Below, piece after piece: positions 38,183 to 51,570 of a stretch of DNA of 64,000 nt. A model generated the notes under the pieces. It ran no database searches and was not told the origin of the DNA. It saw only the letters and a list, made by a program, of their open reading frames with translations. A program made the translations under genes and the position numbers. Numbering within the stretch: position 1 is the first letter of the stretch; each line of letters opens with the position of its first letter. Source of the DNA: Ginglymostoma cirratum (taxonomy: Eukaryota); contig JAHRHZ010000042.1 of assembly GCA_024137785.1 (NCBI GenBank), positions 25,401,556 to 25,465,555 of the forward strand. Direction: 5' to 3'.

Positions 38183-39060
38183 TAAGTACAGCGAAGAAGG
38201 TTACCTCAGAGTACAATGGGACCTTGATCAAATGGGCCAAATGGCCAAGGAGTGGCAGATGGAGTTTAATTTCAATAAATGGGAGGTGCTGCATTTTGGA
38301 ATGGCAAATTTAGGCAGGACTTATACACTTAATAGTAAGGTCCTGGGGAGTGTTGCTGAACAAGGAGAAATTGGAGTGCAGGTTCATAGTCCCTTGAAAG
38401 TGGAGCCCCAGGTAAATAGGGTGTGAAGAAGGTATTTGGTATACTTGCGTTTATTGGTCAGTGCACTGAGTAAAGGAGTCGGTAAGTCATATTGCGGCTG
38501 TGCAAGACATCAGTTAGGCCACTTTTGGAATACTGCATGTAATTCCCATCTTCCTGCTATAGGAAGGACGTTGTGAAACTTGAAAGGTTTCAGAAAAGAT
38601 TTACAAGGATGTTGCCAGGGTAGGAGGGTTTGAGTCAAAGGGAGAGGCTGAATAGGCTGGGGCTATTTTCCATGCAGTGTCGGAGGCTGAGAGGTGACCT
38701 TATAGAAGTTTATAAAATCATGAGGGGCATGGACAGGGGGAGTAGTGAAGGTCATTTTCCTGGGGTGGGGGAGTCCAAAACAAGAGGGCATAGTTTTAAG
38801 GTGAGACGGGAAAGATTTAAAAGGGACCTAAGGAGCAACATTGGCACACAGAGGGCGGTGCATGTATGAAATGAACTGCCACAGGAAGTGGTGGAGGCTG
38901 GTACAATTACAACATTTAAAATGCATCTGGGTGGGTATATGAATACGAAGAGCTTAGAAGGATATAGGCCAAATTCTGACAAATGGGACTAGATTTATTT
39001 AGGATATTTGGTTGGCATGGATGAGTTGGATCGAAGGGCCTGTTTCCATGCCATACATCT
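38183..39060 (+). mobile_element. CR1 LINE 3' fragment
   Basis: YLRVQWDLDQMGQMAKEWQMEFNFNKWEVLHFG and RLNRLGLFSMQCRRLRGDLIEVYKIMRG. Confidence 0.95.
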
Positions 39061-41507
39061 CTCTGTCTCTTTCAATCCCAACCATCAGATCTTTCAGGAT
39101 TCTATTTTGCACAACCCCTTCACAGCTTGCGATGGAGTACACATTTTGTAAATGGGTGAATATCAGCATTAACATAGATATCAAAATGCAAAGCTCTTTT
39201 AAGTAGCACTGTGCAAAATTGTTGGGGTCAATAACCAATCAAATAATTACAGACTGTCTGCCATTTGGTCATTATCATGTATATCCTATATAGTTAACAT
39301 ATCATTCATGTTTATGCCCAGTGTTATGATGTAGTTTCCCCTTTGTGGAGCATATTTCTCAAGTTTCCCTCACTGTGTGTGATTTTATGTTAAAATGTAT
39401 TAATAGATTGTAGTCAAAGGCATATTGAATTCAAAAATATATTAATCACACATTCTATCTGAAAAGACATCTGTCTCATCTTTGCTTTTGTATATCATAA
39501 TGGAACAGCATGAACTATTCTATCATCACACTGTAGTCGCCAGCTTTTAACACTAGGTGAAGCTGTGGTTTTGGTTGTCAAGGTGTATTCAAATTGTCTC
39601 TCATCCGATTTTCGAGTGTAGTATCGATTCCAAATTGAAACCTGCTTTTTTACTTAAAGGAGCAGGACATCCCTTTCATGCAAAACTCATTAGCGGCAGC
39701 TCGATTTCAGCCTAGCTAGGCTTAAATCCTGAAACCTAACCTTCTCCTACCTCAATTATTCGTCTTGGTGATTGAACCTCCATGGTATTTTTCATTGAAA
39801 ATACTGAACAAAAGTTCGAACAGTGCATTAGTGAACTCATCATCTCATTGAGCTCAAATCCTGAAGAGAAATTTTGTTATTAAATGGCAACTTAGAAAAA
39901 TATGTGGACAAGGATATCCGATGGAGAGAGGCACATTCTTCTTTTACTGATTATACCGAGCAAACATAGCATTAACTACCTTTTCAAACTGAGGCCATTT
40001 TTTATTTTAACTCCAGTAACACAGTTATCTTTTAGTTCCTTCAAATTACTTTTAATTTGTCTGGATGCCACAAAATCATTTGCTTTAGGGAGATGATATT
40101 ATGTGGCAATGGGTTTGGCTCTATAATGTAACTGTTAGCTGATTGAGAGTTAAATCATGAGGGAATTTACTTCTACCACAAAAGAACTTCAGTGTAGCTT
40201 CACACAGTCTCACCTAAAGTAATATCCCAATTGCATTTTTAGGTGGTGCTGATTTAATGTTCCTGCTGATCTAATAAAAATGGAAGTCCAGAGATACAAA
40301 AATGGTGCACATACATATTTTCCAATCCAGCCTCCGTTTTGAATTTTAAAAAATGTTGAATGAAATGCTTTAGTTTGGGTTTAGAACCACTGAAGAAATG
40401 AAATGTATGCATTCAGGGACTTAAATGGAACATCAGTGGAATGGTTTTGCTAATATGTTGAAAATATTCCAATTACTGGATTGGTATGAGTCATTTCAGC
40501 TTGGTTCAGATTGGAGACATTTTCTCCTTGTTTCATATTTCTTATTACCATTCGGCCCATCAAGTCCACAGTGCCTCTCCGAAGAGCACTCCACCCAGAC
40601 ACACACACCTACCTTATCCCTGCTAACCACTGAGCCGCCTTGCGATATGAACAGACAAATTAGGATGAGTAGGCCATTCAGCAGCTCACGTCAACTCTCC
40701 TATTCGTTAAGATACTACCTGATCTGTTTCTGGCTTTTTGTCTGCCTTGCTTTATGAAAGCATAAGAAATAGGACCAGAAATAGACAGTTCAGTCCCAAG
40801 CCTGGTCCGCCATTAAGTAAAATTTTTTGTTACTATTCTTTCTTTTCATCTGACCCTATTTCTTGCTGTATTCCTGAACCTGTCAGGCAATTGATTCATC
40901 TGATCTATCAGTATAATATTTGACCCAGCTGTTAGAAATTTTATAGGAGTGGCACGGTAGAGTCCACATCATTTCTTACCTCTCTATGCAGCAGTCTTTG
41001 ACCTTACTGAGACTATAAATTGATGCTGTAAGGAGCTATTAGCACAAACCCATCTTCTACAGTTCTGTGGCACATTATATTTGTTTTATACAGACTACGA
41101 TTTCATTTCATATCAAGTGACATGGGCCATGTCAAATACAGAACTCATTTATATGATGAAGTGGAAGAGAATGAAACCCATCCCTTTCTATTCCCACTGA
41201 AAACTACAGTTTAAGAGTGTCTGTTTTAAAATTAGTCCACCCGTCTGAAACCAATTCCATCACCATCTCACACTCCCATTATTAAGCAATAGAAGCGCAC
41301 ACAGCAGCGACTGAGAATCATATTTGCTGCCTTCATTCCATTTCTAATATCCTAATCTATCTGCCAAACCGATGACAAAAAAAAATGTGATTTCTTATTG
41401 CCAGCTGGAATGGTTACATGAACATACAGATTAGGATGAGTAGGCCATTCAGCCCTTCAAGCCAACTCTGCTATTCATTAAGATAATGAGCTGTTCTGTT
41501 CTTTCAG

Positions 41508-41812
41508 TGAGGCAGCACGGTGGTTTAATGATTAGCATTGCTGCCTCACAGCACCAGGGACCTGGGTTCAGTTCCAGTCTCAGGCAGCTCTCTGTCTGCA
41601 GTTTGCACATTCTCCTCCTCCCTTTGAACTTCCTCCAAAGATGTGCAGGTTAAGTGATTAGCTATGCTAAATTGCCCATTGTATCCAGGAGTCAGCAGGC
41701 TAGATGGATCAGCCATGAGAAATGCAGGGTTACAAGGAAAGGGTAGGGGAGAGGGTCTGGGTGGGATGGTCTCCAGAGAGTCGATGGGCCGATGGGACAA
41801 ATGGCCTGGTTT
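41508..41812 (+). mobile_element. HE1-type SINE
   Basis: ggcagcacggtggtttaatgattagcattgctgcctcacagcaccagggacctgggttcag..gtttgcacattctcc. Confidence 0.85.
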
Positions 41813-42712
41813 AGCCTCCTGAGGAAGTAGAGATGTTGTTGTGTCTTCTTGACCATTTCATCAATGTGGGTAGGCTAGTACAGATTGTTGGTGATCATCA
41901 CTCCCAGGACTCTACTCCGCTTCCTGAAGTCAATGACCAGCTGCTTCATTTTGCTGACATTGATAGAGAAATTGTTGTCTTTACACCATGCCGCTAAGCA
42001 CTCACTCTCATTCCTGTATTCTGTTCTGTCATTGTTTGAGATCCGCCCTACAATGGCGTTGTCCTCATCAAACTTGTAAAGGGAGCTGGGGCAGAATTTG
42101 GCCACACAGTCATGAGTAGGGGCTGAGTACATGGCCTTGTGGGGCATCAGTGTTGAGGATTATGATGGAAAAGGTGTTGTCACCTAATCCGAGAATAACA
42201 AGGTGTAGAGCTGCGTGAACACTTCAGGCCAAGCAGCCTCCTGCTCCTCTGATGCTGCTTGGCCTGCTGTGTTCATCCAGCTCTACACCTTGTTATTCTC
42301 AGATTCTCCGGCATCTGCAGTTCCTACGATCTCTTGTCACCTAACCTTACTGATTGTGGTTTAAGTGCTAGGAAGTTGAGGATCCAGTTACACAGCAAGG
42401 GGCCAAGACCTAGGTGTCAGAGTTTAAAGATAAGTTTGTTTGGAATTATGGTGTTGAAGGCGGAATTGTTGTCAATAAGTAGGAACCTGATGTAGTTATC
42501 CTTGTTCACCAGATATTCTGGGGATAAGCGTAGGGCCAGAGAGATGGTGTCTGCTTTGAACCTGTTTTGCCAGTAGGTGAATTGCAAAGGATTAAAGCAA
42601 TTTGAGAAAGCACTTCAGAATTATGGAGGTCAGGACCACCAGGCGCTAGTCAATGAGGCAAGCTGCATGATTTTTCTTTGGCACCGGAATGATGGTGGCC
42701 TTCTTGAAGCAT
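41813..42712 (-). mobile_element. Rex1/Babar LINE reverse transcriptase fragment
   Basis: THDCVAKFCPSSLYKFDEDNAIVGRISNNDRTEYRNE..WCKDNNFSINVSKMKQLVIDFRKR matches the Rex1 YTHDC..KFADDTTVVG..NVSKTKELIIDFRK pattern. Confidence 0.88.
42188..42333 (+). mobile_element. Penelope-derived inverted-repeat insertion with 11-bp TSD
   Basis: About 50-bp inverted copy followed by the forward tail ending gcagttcctacgatctc; TTGTCACCTAA at 42177-42187 and 42334-42344. Confidence 0.85.
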
Positions 42713-43389
42713 TCTTCTATAGAATAAATTACATCAACTTGTGAAACTGGTTTTGTACATCAATGCCTCGCATTTATTAAACTGTTTGTAGTGGCCTAGA
42801 TTTTATGTTCACATACATAACTTCTGTGACATTGGTGGTGACTTCTGGAGTCTACATATGGGCAGTGGAACACAGATATCTAGAAGTTGCTCTCAGTGCT
42901 TCTAGCTCATCCACTCAATAAATCCACTCCATCTCACTTGAGATGTTATGGAGTTTTCAAGTAGTGTTCTGAGCTTCCTAAGTTTCCCTACGGTATGACT
43001 TTATTAACCTATGAGCTTCTGATTATTGTTGAGCAACCTCTGGCCCTGAAAGTGTAATTTCACATTTATTGGTGGAAATGTTTCTATTATTCTGATAAAA
43101 TATTTGCATTTAAATGTTTATGATATTCAGGTTCCCCCTTAAACTTGTTAACATCATTTTTTAAATTAAAATATAAAAATGAAACCTCAAGAATGAATTT
43201 TTCAACCTAATTCAATGTCTGTAAATAGTTACTTAATTTTCTTGTTCCGGTTTCTACTTTCCACAAAGACTCACTTCTCCAGCAATAAATCTTCATAGCT
43301 CTAAATAAATCTTGGATACAACTGCCCAAACCTGACTCCTACAGCTCATTCATTTGCATTTCGTCTTTCTCATGATTTGTCCAATGTCT

Positions 43390-44225
43390 AACTCTGTCCC
43401 GAATCTCGGAGCGACGGCAGCTGAATGAGTGTGGGCTGGGCCAAGAACCAGAGTGACGGCAGCAGAGTAAGCATGGGCCAGCCTGATTCCCAAAGTGTTG
43501 GCAGCAGGGGAATCTCGAATCCCAGAGCAGCATGAGGCAAATCTTGATGTCCCAGAGAGGAGTGGCAAGGTGAAATGATACGGGACAATCGCTAGACTTG
43601 GGCCTGGCGCCACGTGCTGAGCTCCTGTTGTTTGGAACTGTTTATAGGACTGTAATTTAAATCCTTTTCACTATGTTATAACAATCTCATTCCTAACTCA
43701 TTCTCAGACACTGAAAGTGATGCTTATGCATTTCTTTTCATCCTCATTTGTACAGCAGTTTTGTTTTACTCTGTAAGATTTGTGCCCCAGTACTTTACAC
43801 AATCATGGAATCCATGCAGCATAGTAACAAACCATTTGGCCCAACAAGTCTACACAAGCTCACCCACATACCCTGTAACCCTACATTTCCCATGGCTAAT
43901 CCACCTAACCTACACAGCCCTGGACACTACAGGCAATTTAGCATGACCAATCCACCCAAACTGCACATCTTTGAACTGTGGGAGAAAACTGGAGTACCCA
44001 GCGGAAATCCACGCAGAGACGGGGAGAATGTGCAAACTCCACACAGGCAATTGCCCAAGGGTGGAATTGAACCTGGGCTCCTGGCTCTGTGAGGATGCAG
44101 TGCTAACCACTGAGCCACTGTACCTAAGATGGTACCATTAAAGGCAGCCATTGTAAAATCTTTTCACTGTACTCCTGCACTTCTGTACTGGAGTACATGT
44201 GACAATAAAGGATACTCTATTCTGT
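43390..44225 (+). mobile_element. Unclassified GC-rich retroposon-like repeat interrupted by an HE1 SINE
   Basis: GC-rich 5' part; resumes tgtacctaagatgg..cttttcactgtactc..gtacatgtgacaataaa..ctattct (LINE-like tail). Confidence 0.45.
43800..44122 (-). mobile_element. HE1-type SINE
   Basis: ggagaatgtgcaaactccacacag..gtgctaaccactgagccac. Confidence 0.88.
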
Positions 44226-45099
44226 CTGCTCCAAAGGAAGAAGCAGTGCTTTTGGTTTGTTCTTCTATTATTTCAACGAATATGTTGCCCAACTCTGTTT
44301 GCTACAACTGTGGTTTGCTAATCCTTTTTCAGAAGGCAGCTAAGATTGAGGCATGCTGTTGTGCAGATTTCTTTCTCTAAATGATTTCAGCAAAACAGAT
44401 TGGGTTTTTATGGTACTGGATGACAGCATCACGGTCAACACTACTGGGACTAGCTTTATATTCCAGATACATTTAATTAATGTTAATTCAATACAAATCA
44501 CACCATGCTGTAATTTGAACCTGGGATTTGAACCAGAACATTAGCTAAGATCATTCTAGTCCAGGGACAGTACAATGTCCTGCCATCTTGTAGTTGCCTC
44601 ATCTGCATGTTTTAAAACTTCTCCCCCAAACTCTAATGTTACTTCCTCTTTCGCGAGTTAACTATTCAACTGCAGCTCTGCTAACTGCATTAATTTTGCT
44701 TGCCTCTATCCTGAGTATTTCTAGAGTGCAACCACCAACTTTTTCTTTATTGAAGACACAACAAAAATGTAAATCAGATCAAAAGACAGGGACAAAAACA
44801 TGATTAATAATGTTGCTATGTTATTGCCTGCACTCCAATCACCTTCATTTTGAAAATGGTCCAGAAAAGTTTCTCCTTGTTGCAAGGTCTAACATTGTAG
44901 GACTGCAGCAGAATTCTCAATTCAGTATGGAAATACTATGCACAACAACATTCATTTGTGATACTCAAATAACCCCTTGGAGGAAAACAAATTAATGGTA
45001 CAATTCAAATATGCAATTTGTCTATGGAATGGACATTTGCCCAATGTTAGGGTATCAACTACCTAATGTTTAATAAGTAGTCTTTTTTAAGCCAGCCAG

Positions 45100-45870
45100 C
45101 CTACTTTGGGATCTAGAAAAGCTTCTGGCTTGGGCTGACACACAGCAATCATATTTTGTGCCATATAAATGACAGCCAAAATTCATCCTTAACAAATGAA
45201 AGTCAAGCTATCTCCCTTTGAGGTACCACAGCTGCCAATCCATCCATTTTCAATGTCCTCAGGGACAATCTTATCACTGAGAGATCAGGAGGTGAGCCAC
45301 TTGCCAAAGTGTACCAAAGCATTTGTTCTACTCTTACAGCTGGGATCCCTATAACAAGTGGCTGACCTCTTGTTCTCTAAATGCCTGCTCATTAACCACA
45401 AAGTTCAAATCAGGAGAGTAATGAAATACTCAACTCCTGAGTGCAGCTGAAGCGACATTCAAGGTCAACACAATTCATGCCAAATTTGCTTCATTAATTT
45501 GCTTCATCAGCACCCCTTGAACTGCATTCAATATCCAACTCCTCCAACAAGGGCACATCAAAATTGCAGTAATAAACAGCACCAAATCACTAATGTTATG
45601 CTGACAGCACCTCCCTCCCTAAAACAGCTATTACCATTACATGCAATATTTACGGAAAGCCATGATGTCTGCAGCAACCTGAATATCGTTTCTGCATTTT
45701 CATTACTGCTTGCTCAAAAACCTATAACTCATCATCTAACACATTCTGGGAGCAAATCCAGATCCATAGCCATTTGGTTGAGTATTAACTGTCCCTGGGT
45801 AATTGGGGAAGTGCAGCAAACACTGGACTAGTCAATGACACCCTCCTCCTGTGAATGAATAAATAAAAAT
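45100..45870 (+). mobile_element. Old L2-group LINE 3' remnant
   Basis: cttgggctgac..tttgtgcca; caaatcaggagagtaatgaaatactc..gagtgcagct; tail tgaatgaataaataaaaa. Confidence 0.5.
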
Positions 45871-47777
45871 GTGCTGCAGCACTTCAATAAATGCTTACAT
45901 TGCCAGAAATGTCAACATTCTGAGAAGAAATTTGGGAAAATGAAATGGAACCTGAAATCTTAGCACCATGTTGTAAAATGTTCTATAATTTGAAATAAAC
46001 ATGCATTTGGAGTTTAATTATAATTCAAACATGAGTGAAACACTTATGAGAGAAATGGGGCTGAATTAAGTTCAATGTTTGGTCCCACAGAAATGTACGT
46101 ATTGTATATTTAACAGGGACTTATTACATAAGTTATGGATGGCTCTTTAATTGAATATGAATTTCCTATAAAGTGTTTTCACTCAACTACCACACTAACA
46201 CAAATAGATCTACTTTATCTTCATTATTTCGTCGTCTACTACAGACAAGGGAATTTGCATCCTTTCTCCATTAGAAATAAACTGCGACTAGTTAACTAAC
46301 ATGGATTGTCATGATGCAGATGACAAGGAAGATTAAAGTGAGTTGTTCCGTTTCTGCGGACAGTGTGGTGCTAATTATAAACTGTATCACCTTGCAAAAG
46401 TGAAAGAGAGCTTTTAATGCATTTGATGAGAGAGGGAGGGCTAACAGCCTAAAGTTTTCAGCTGAGCACATTCACAGCTTGCGGTCAACAGTCAACGATT
46501 GGAAAATGAAAACCCTTCTCTGTTTCAATAAATTAGTTCTGCACAAATGAATTTGTAGTACAGCTTCAAAAATATTATTGCAGGCTGCACTTAGCAACAA
46601 GAAGTGGCTAATTAGATTATAGGCAACTCTAAAGTTGGTTTCTCATTGGCTCTGAGCTCAAAGCTTTCACTTTATGTACTATGGTGAAGATGCAATGGTG
46701 AACTTGAAGCACAGAAATAGTTCCAGAAAGCTGATGAGAAGATGCTACTCAAAAGCCCTGCAAGGATTTCAAAGAATGTCAGAAGTTGACAATGTTTTTT
46801 GCCTTGCATTAAACTTTTGCATATCTAATTTTCCTCTTTGCATCCTTTTCTATTACATTACTCTTACAACGAGTAATACAGTAGAAATAAGTTGGCAAAT
46901 TTAAAACTTCTAAAAAACAATATCTTCCCTGCTGCTCAGGACATAGCTGTAAGTTTAACAATATCTCAATGCATTCTATGAGGATGGGGAGGGGTGTGGG
47001 TAGAAAAGCAGACCCACACTGGTGCGACATTGCTGTAAGATGCCATATAACTTCAAGACAAATGTTAGCTGATGAGTTTCAGTCGCCTCTCACCATTATC
47101 ATGCTACTGCCTTCACTGTGCTCTGTAGGTAGCCTGCAGTGATTTAAGGTTCACATGTAATCTCGACTCAGGGCTCTGTCCACACTCATAAATCTCAAGC
47201 ATTGCTCAATGCTTCTAAAATCATTCAAAATATCTGAATGAATCACAGGGCTGGTTTCAACTCTCAAGGCAGCCTTTGTTCTCAATAAAACTCTTCGTTC
47301 CTCCATCCAAAACCTTCTCATATACATTGTCCATTTGTGATTTATTATTTATTGAAGCCTCAAGCATTATTTAACAATTGTTTGCAGTTATAGTGGTGAC
47401 AGGAATCTACAATTCTTTCAATCCCCATAAGATTCTCTTTCTGTAATCAAAAATATCGGATCATAAGTGAAACACATAGGTTTTCTTACTCAGAAATTAC
47501 AAACCAAGGTTTTTGAAGGTTTCTGAAATTTAACAGACCACACAAGATAATCTACAAAAACCATCTTCGAAGCGCTCAAAAAGACCTTTAGACGGTCAAT
47601 GATTAATAATTATTTCAAAAATCTAGTCATTCACGAACAAGGTCTTTCAATATATTTCTGACTGAACTGAGAGAGAGAACACACAATCCTTTGGTAACAG
47701 GATGGCAGCTTTTGTTTCTTGAATGTTCTCTCACTACAAGTCAGACAAAACACACAAAGTGTCTAAGGTTTTGGAGT

Positions 47778-48805
47778 AGATCTGTAGCTCGGGTTGTGAG
47801 TGTTGAGGTTGGTTGGCTCGCTGAGCTGGTTTGTTGTTCCGCAGACGTTTCATTACCATGTTTGGTAACATCTCAGTGCAGCCTCTGATGAAGAGTTGGT
47901 GTGTTTTCCCGCCTGGCTTTTAAACTCTGGGCTCCGTTGCGATGGATTGCCTCACTTCCGGGTTTCCTCCGTACCGGAATGTATATGGGGTCGAGTTCAA
48001 TGTGTTTATTAATAGCCTGCTTCGTAGAGTGCCATGCTTCCAGGAATTCTCGTGCTTGTCTCTGCCTAGCCTGTCCCAGGATCTTGGTGTTGTCCCAGTC
48101 GAAGCCGTGGTTCTCCTTGTCCATGTGGATGAGATGAGTGAGTATTGGTCGTGGTTTTTTTGTAGCCAATTGGTGTTCATGTACTCTTGTTGTTAGTTTC
48201 CTTCCTGTTTGTCCAATGTAGTTTTTTTTCGCAGTCTCTGCCGGGGATCTTGTAGATGACATTGGTCCTGTCCATGGCGGGGAGTGGGTCTTTAGTTTGG
48301 GGGAGCACTTGTCGTAGGGTTGACGTGGGTTTGTCTGCCACTCTGATGCCCAGCGGTCGTAGAAATCTTGTGGTGAGTTCTGACGTATTCCTGATGTAGG
48401 GTAGTGTAATGAGTTGTTTGGGGCCTGTAGAATCTTTCTGATGTTGTTCCTGTAGGCATCTCCTGACCCAGTTCTTTGGATATCCATTATCCTTGAACAC
48501 TTGGAAGAGATATTCTCCTCCTCTTGGCATAGTTCCGTGCTGCTGCAGTGTGTTGTTGCCCTTTTAAATAGTGTTCGCACGCAGCTTCGTTTGTGTGTGC
48601 TGCGATGGTTAATATTGAAGTTCAATACCTGGTCTGTGTGTGGGGCTTTTCGGTGTACTTTCGTTTGCAGTTCCCCATTTGTCTTGCGCTCTCCCATGAC
48701 GTCCAGGAATGGGAGTTGTTTGTTCTTCTCCTCCTCTCTGGTGAATCTTATTTCGTTGAGGGTGTTGTTTATGAGTTTGTGTGTCTCTCCTAACTTGGTC
48801 CGTTA
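47778..48805 (-). mobile_element. 5'-truncated Penelope/Poseidon-type retroelement (RT C-terminus, GIY-YIG endonuclease, pLTR)
   Basis: QLPFLDVM..TKVHRKAPHTDQVLNF..HKRSCVRTLFKRA; TNVIYKIPGRDC; NYIGQTGRKLTTRVHEH; REFLEAWHS; frameshifted. Confidence 0.95.
47840..47880 (-). ncRNA. Minimal hammerhead ribozyme in Penelope pLTR (core 1 nt short, probably inactive)
   Basis: Reverse complement TGCA-CTGAGA-T-GTTACCA-aaca-TGGTAAT-GAAAC-GTC-TGCG. Confidence 0.7.
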
Positions 48806-49789
48806 ATCAGTCCAAGCTTCCATGGGTGGAAAGAAGTTTTTAAATTGTTTCAGCGGTTTAAGTACACAAAGATTTTCCTAAAGATCATTTAGAAAAATGT
48901 CAGTTAAGTAATTGGTGTCTATGCAACTTTGAGACGGACAATAATGGTAGGAATCATATCTGGTGAATACATGGAAAGTCACCAAAAGGAAATATTTGTG
49001 AACTCATCAGGTAATTAGGAAATTTATAAGGAACAGTACTTCACTGGGTTGAAAGGTTGTAAAGGGTATTGTTAGGAAAAGAGTTTTTTTCTGTTTCTTA
49101 TGTTGGTTTTTTTCTAAATTAATAACTTACTTTCTTTTGTGTAATAAATGTATGTCCTTTTGTTAAACATTGGTAACTTTGTACACATAAATTCGGTTAC
49201 TAACTACTATGGCAATCAAACTGCAAAAATAAAACTGTCATGATGTAGCAACCCAGATTTCTCACTGGAATCTGCTATGTCCAATCAATTACCATCAGCG
49301 GGAATCATAATGGGATTCATCAGCTTCTTAAGTGATGGGTGTCGAGTAGCAATATTTATCAAATTGTTGCCCACTAAACACACAATAAAGGTTAAGGCTT
49401 CTTCACTAAAGTGTGTGTGAATCTTTAACAGTGTAACAAGTCTTAATTACTGGCAGAAAATCTTCTCTGATGTGAAAAACTTATTGTAAAATTTTAAAAT
49501 TGTAAAACTTTATTCCTTTACATTGTAATCATAGTTGGAAAATTGGAAAAGTATTTTTAACTTTTACTTTTTAATCTTCCCCTCTCTTTTTTAATTCCAT
49601 TTTTTTTACTGCTCCCTTTATTTTGCTTTCAGTGCATGATGTTGCATACTCTAGTACAGACTGATAGCAGAAACTTCAACTAGGCCTGATATTGCATTGC
49701 ACACTTACTGTTCTCCTTGTCTGGTTGGCACACACACAGTTGATGTTACTTGCTCAACGACAAGATTTTAGCCTGCATCTCAGAATGAA

Positions 49790-49930
49790 TGAGTGAACTT
49801 GAGAGTGTGAGCATATAAGCTTGGCATGTGTGAATGTGTGAGGTGTGAGATAACGTGTGTGTGTGTGAACATCTGAATATGTGTCCATGAAAATGAGTGT
49901 GTACATGTGTATATGAGCATGTGAGCATAT
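49790..49930. repeat. Degenerate TG-rich simple repeat
   Basis: tgtgtgaatgtgtgaggtgtgag..gtgtgtgtgtgtg..tgtgtacatgtgtatatgagcatgtgagc. Confidence 0.75.
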
Positions 49931-51459
49931 TATAATCATAGGAAACTTTTGGTAGGAGAGGGAAAATGGGAGCTAGAGAGGGCTTCCAGGTTTACAAATG
50001 CAGTGCTCAGAGATCCTCAAGGTACAACTTATGAATGGAATGGCTGCATGTGTCTATGGTTCAGTTTCGGACACTTACCCTGAAGACCTATTTGCAGTGT
50101 AATAAATGGTTCAATGACATTACATGGGGTGGCTGGGGCTGTGAATGCATCTTCAAGTATCCTCTTCTACCACATACTTTGGTGAAATGTCAGTTCATCA
50201 GATCCTGCTCCTTGTTTTAGTAGAGGTTGCAGAAGTGTTTTGTAAAGACACTTGATGGTTAGGGCCTTTAACTGAGAGCACCCTCCTCCCTCGAATCATA
50301 AAGTCCCCTTTCTGCTCTCTGTGTTCCATCTACAAGTCATGTGACTGTTCACGAGGAACTGCGACAACAGCTCCCAAAATTGAAGCAGTCTTTTTTTCAA
50401 TCCCCGCATATGCTTTCCAGCTGCTCTGACTTTTATGTCAAGGTCAAGTGACAATCCGTTGCAAATTCAAAACTTTCCATAACACGTCCCAATATTGCGG
50501 AAAACAATTCTTCTACCAATTCTGTATCTGCAAAGGACCATCTAAAGCATCAGGTTGGGAATGTCATGGTGATTTTGTTTTAAAGATGGCAATAGTAAAG
50601 AGTGTCTCTCGACAGTTGAAAACTTGAAGGTTGAGAATGACTAATTGAGGGGGCTTCCCTGATCTGCAGGGTTCAAAACATGCAACTGTGCCAAATTGGT
50701 ATTAGATGCTGTTTGACTTCCACTATGTCTACATGTTTCTGGCGCACACATGACTACCTGCAATAGGACCCTATAGTCAAGACATGCCACATGAACTGTG
50801 CTACAATGGTGACAGACTAGTGTCCTAGTCGACATGTTTTGAAATTCTGCTTTCTGCACAATTGGCATGAATGCCTTACATAGTTAAATGTTGCGATCTT
50901 AGGTCAGATTCTTCAAAATGATGGGCAAAAAAATACCCATTGTGTTAACACAGATCTCAGGTTCCCCCTGAAGCATGTTACACTGTTTTATCTCAAATCA
51001 CTGCAGTTAGCAATATGAAATCCGAGAGAAATTGTAAACTTGGTGAAAGAAAATCATTCGCTCACTACCGATTGCAACTTCTGGGCTGATATTCTTAAAC
51101 AGCTTTTTTAGACAGTGAATATTCACTGAAATGTTCATTTGCTTTTATGAACTGTGATTTTGGAACATGTAAACATGGGTTAATTTAATTGTATGCATTA
51201 TGCAGTGGCTGTAAACACGATTAGAAGCAGAATGCTTGGAACCTCCTCACTAGCTCCTAGAACAACAGCTGGGCTTGTCTAACAGCATTATTGCATTTTG
51301 AAATGTGCAGCAGAGATAGAAATAGAAAGGCATTAGAGAACTACGGCAGTCTTCAAAATAATAAAGAAATGCATTAATAAGATTTTTGACATAATTCTGT
51401 ACACCAGTTGTCCCACATGCTCCCCATTCCCCTGCCCTAACCCCCCCAAAAAACTTACT

Positions 51460-51570
51460 TTCCAATCAGTCTGTTCAGAGATGTTATCACACACCTCTGG
51501 AACAGGTAGGACTTGATCCACGGTCTGCTGTCTTAGAGGTAAAGATGCCACCACTGCGCCACAACAGCTT
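51460..51570 (-). mobile_element. tRNA-derived SINE monomer (family of 26960)
   Basis: aatcagtctgttcagagatgttatcacacacctctggaacaggtaggacttgatcc..caccactgcgccacaac. Confidence 0.7.

Noticed and set aside
43339-43613. Three overlapping ORFs in a GC-rich patch
   Set aside because: Explained by a GC-rich repeat; no protein motifs
47873-48697. Longest ORF (274 aa) as a host gene or domesticated nuclease
   Set aside because: It is a frameshifted, 5'-truncated Penelope RT/GIY-YIG fragment whose middle section is out of frame
48830-49310. Possible LTR 3' end (aataaa...gggaatcataa)
   Set aside because: No defined 5' terminus, TSD or second copy in the window
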